This document shows positions 19,691-19,916 of a stretch of DNA of 19,916 bases, in pieces (positions within the stretch are counted from its first letter, which is position 1; each line of letters begins with the position of its first letter). Origin of the DNA: Selaginella moellendorffii (lineage: Eukaryota; Plantae; Lycopodiophyta); assembly GCF_000143415.4 (NCBI RefSeq), contig NW_003314377.1, forward strand, positions 487,298 through 507,213, given 5' to 3'. A program made the translations under genes and the position numbers. The notes below the pieces were generated by a model that saw nothing but the letters and a program-made list of their open reading frames with translations, made no database searches and was not told the origin of the DNA.

Positions 19691-19916
19691 TGAGGTTTGG
19701 GCCCACTTGATTTTTTTTTTCTCTTTGACTATTTGAATTTCTTATTATCTTTATTTAGTTTGACTAACAAAATTTTTCCTCTTGCAAAAAAGAAAAATTG
19801 TACCACACAAAAAGGTTGTTGGAGCCAAGAAGACACGAAAAGTTCAATTCAACACTGCTGACAACATCACGATCGACATATCTATTGGCACATTAATGAA
19901 AACACATTTACTTAGA

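Overview
Eukaryotic, most likely seed-free land-plant, repeat-rich nuclear DNA with no intact host gene. Clues are very short 52-66 nt intron-like segments, a Tcn1-like chromovirus and GC-rich PLS-type PPR relics; a lycophyte such as Selaginella is a guess only. In order: (1) the defective 3' end of a Ty3/gypsy chromovirus (integrase-chromodomain, PPT, start of the 3' LTR) running into an assembly gap; (2) a decayed ORF with a C2HC-like motif, then a fold-back inverted repeat with ~180-bp arms; (3) a 5'-truncated DUF7869/Sola-like DDD transposase pseudogene with a predicted BAH/Tudor-like C-terminal module and duplicated 3' mini-exons; (4) AT-rich spacer; (5) a ~3.2-3.9 kb tandem duplication of a heavily decayed minus-strand PPR gene carrying a plus-strand GPI transamidase PIG-T/GPI16 fragment, where copy 1 has a complete 1183-bp TRIM-like LTR element (GATCC TSD, empty site in copy 2) plus a ~0.49-kb deletion and copy 2 has an 84-bp micro-inversion; (6) a GA-rich minisatellite and an array of 96-bp nested-palindrome units. 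All protein family calls are by-eye motif recognition, not database searches.
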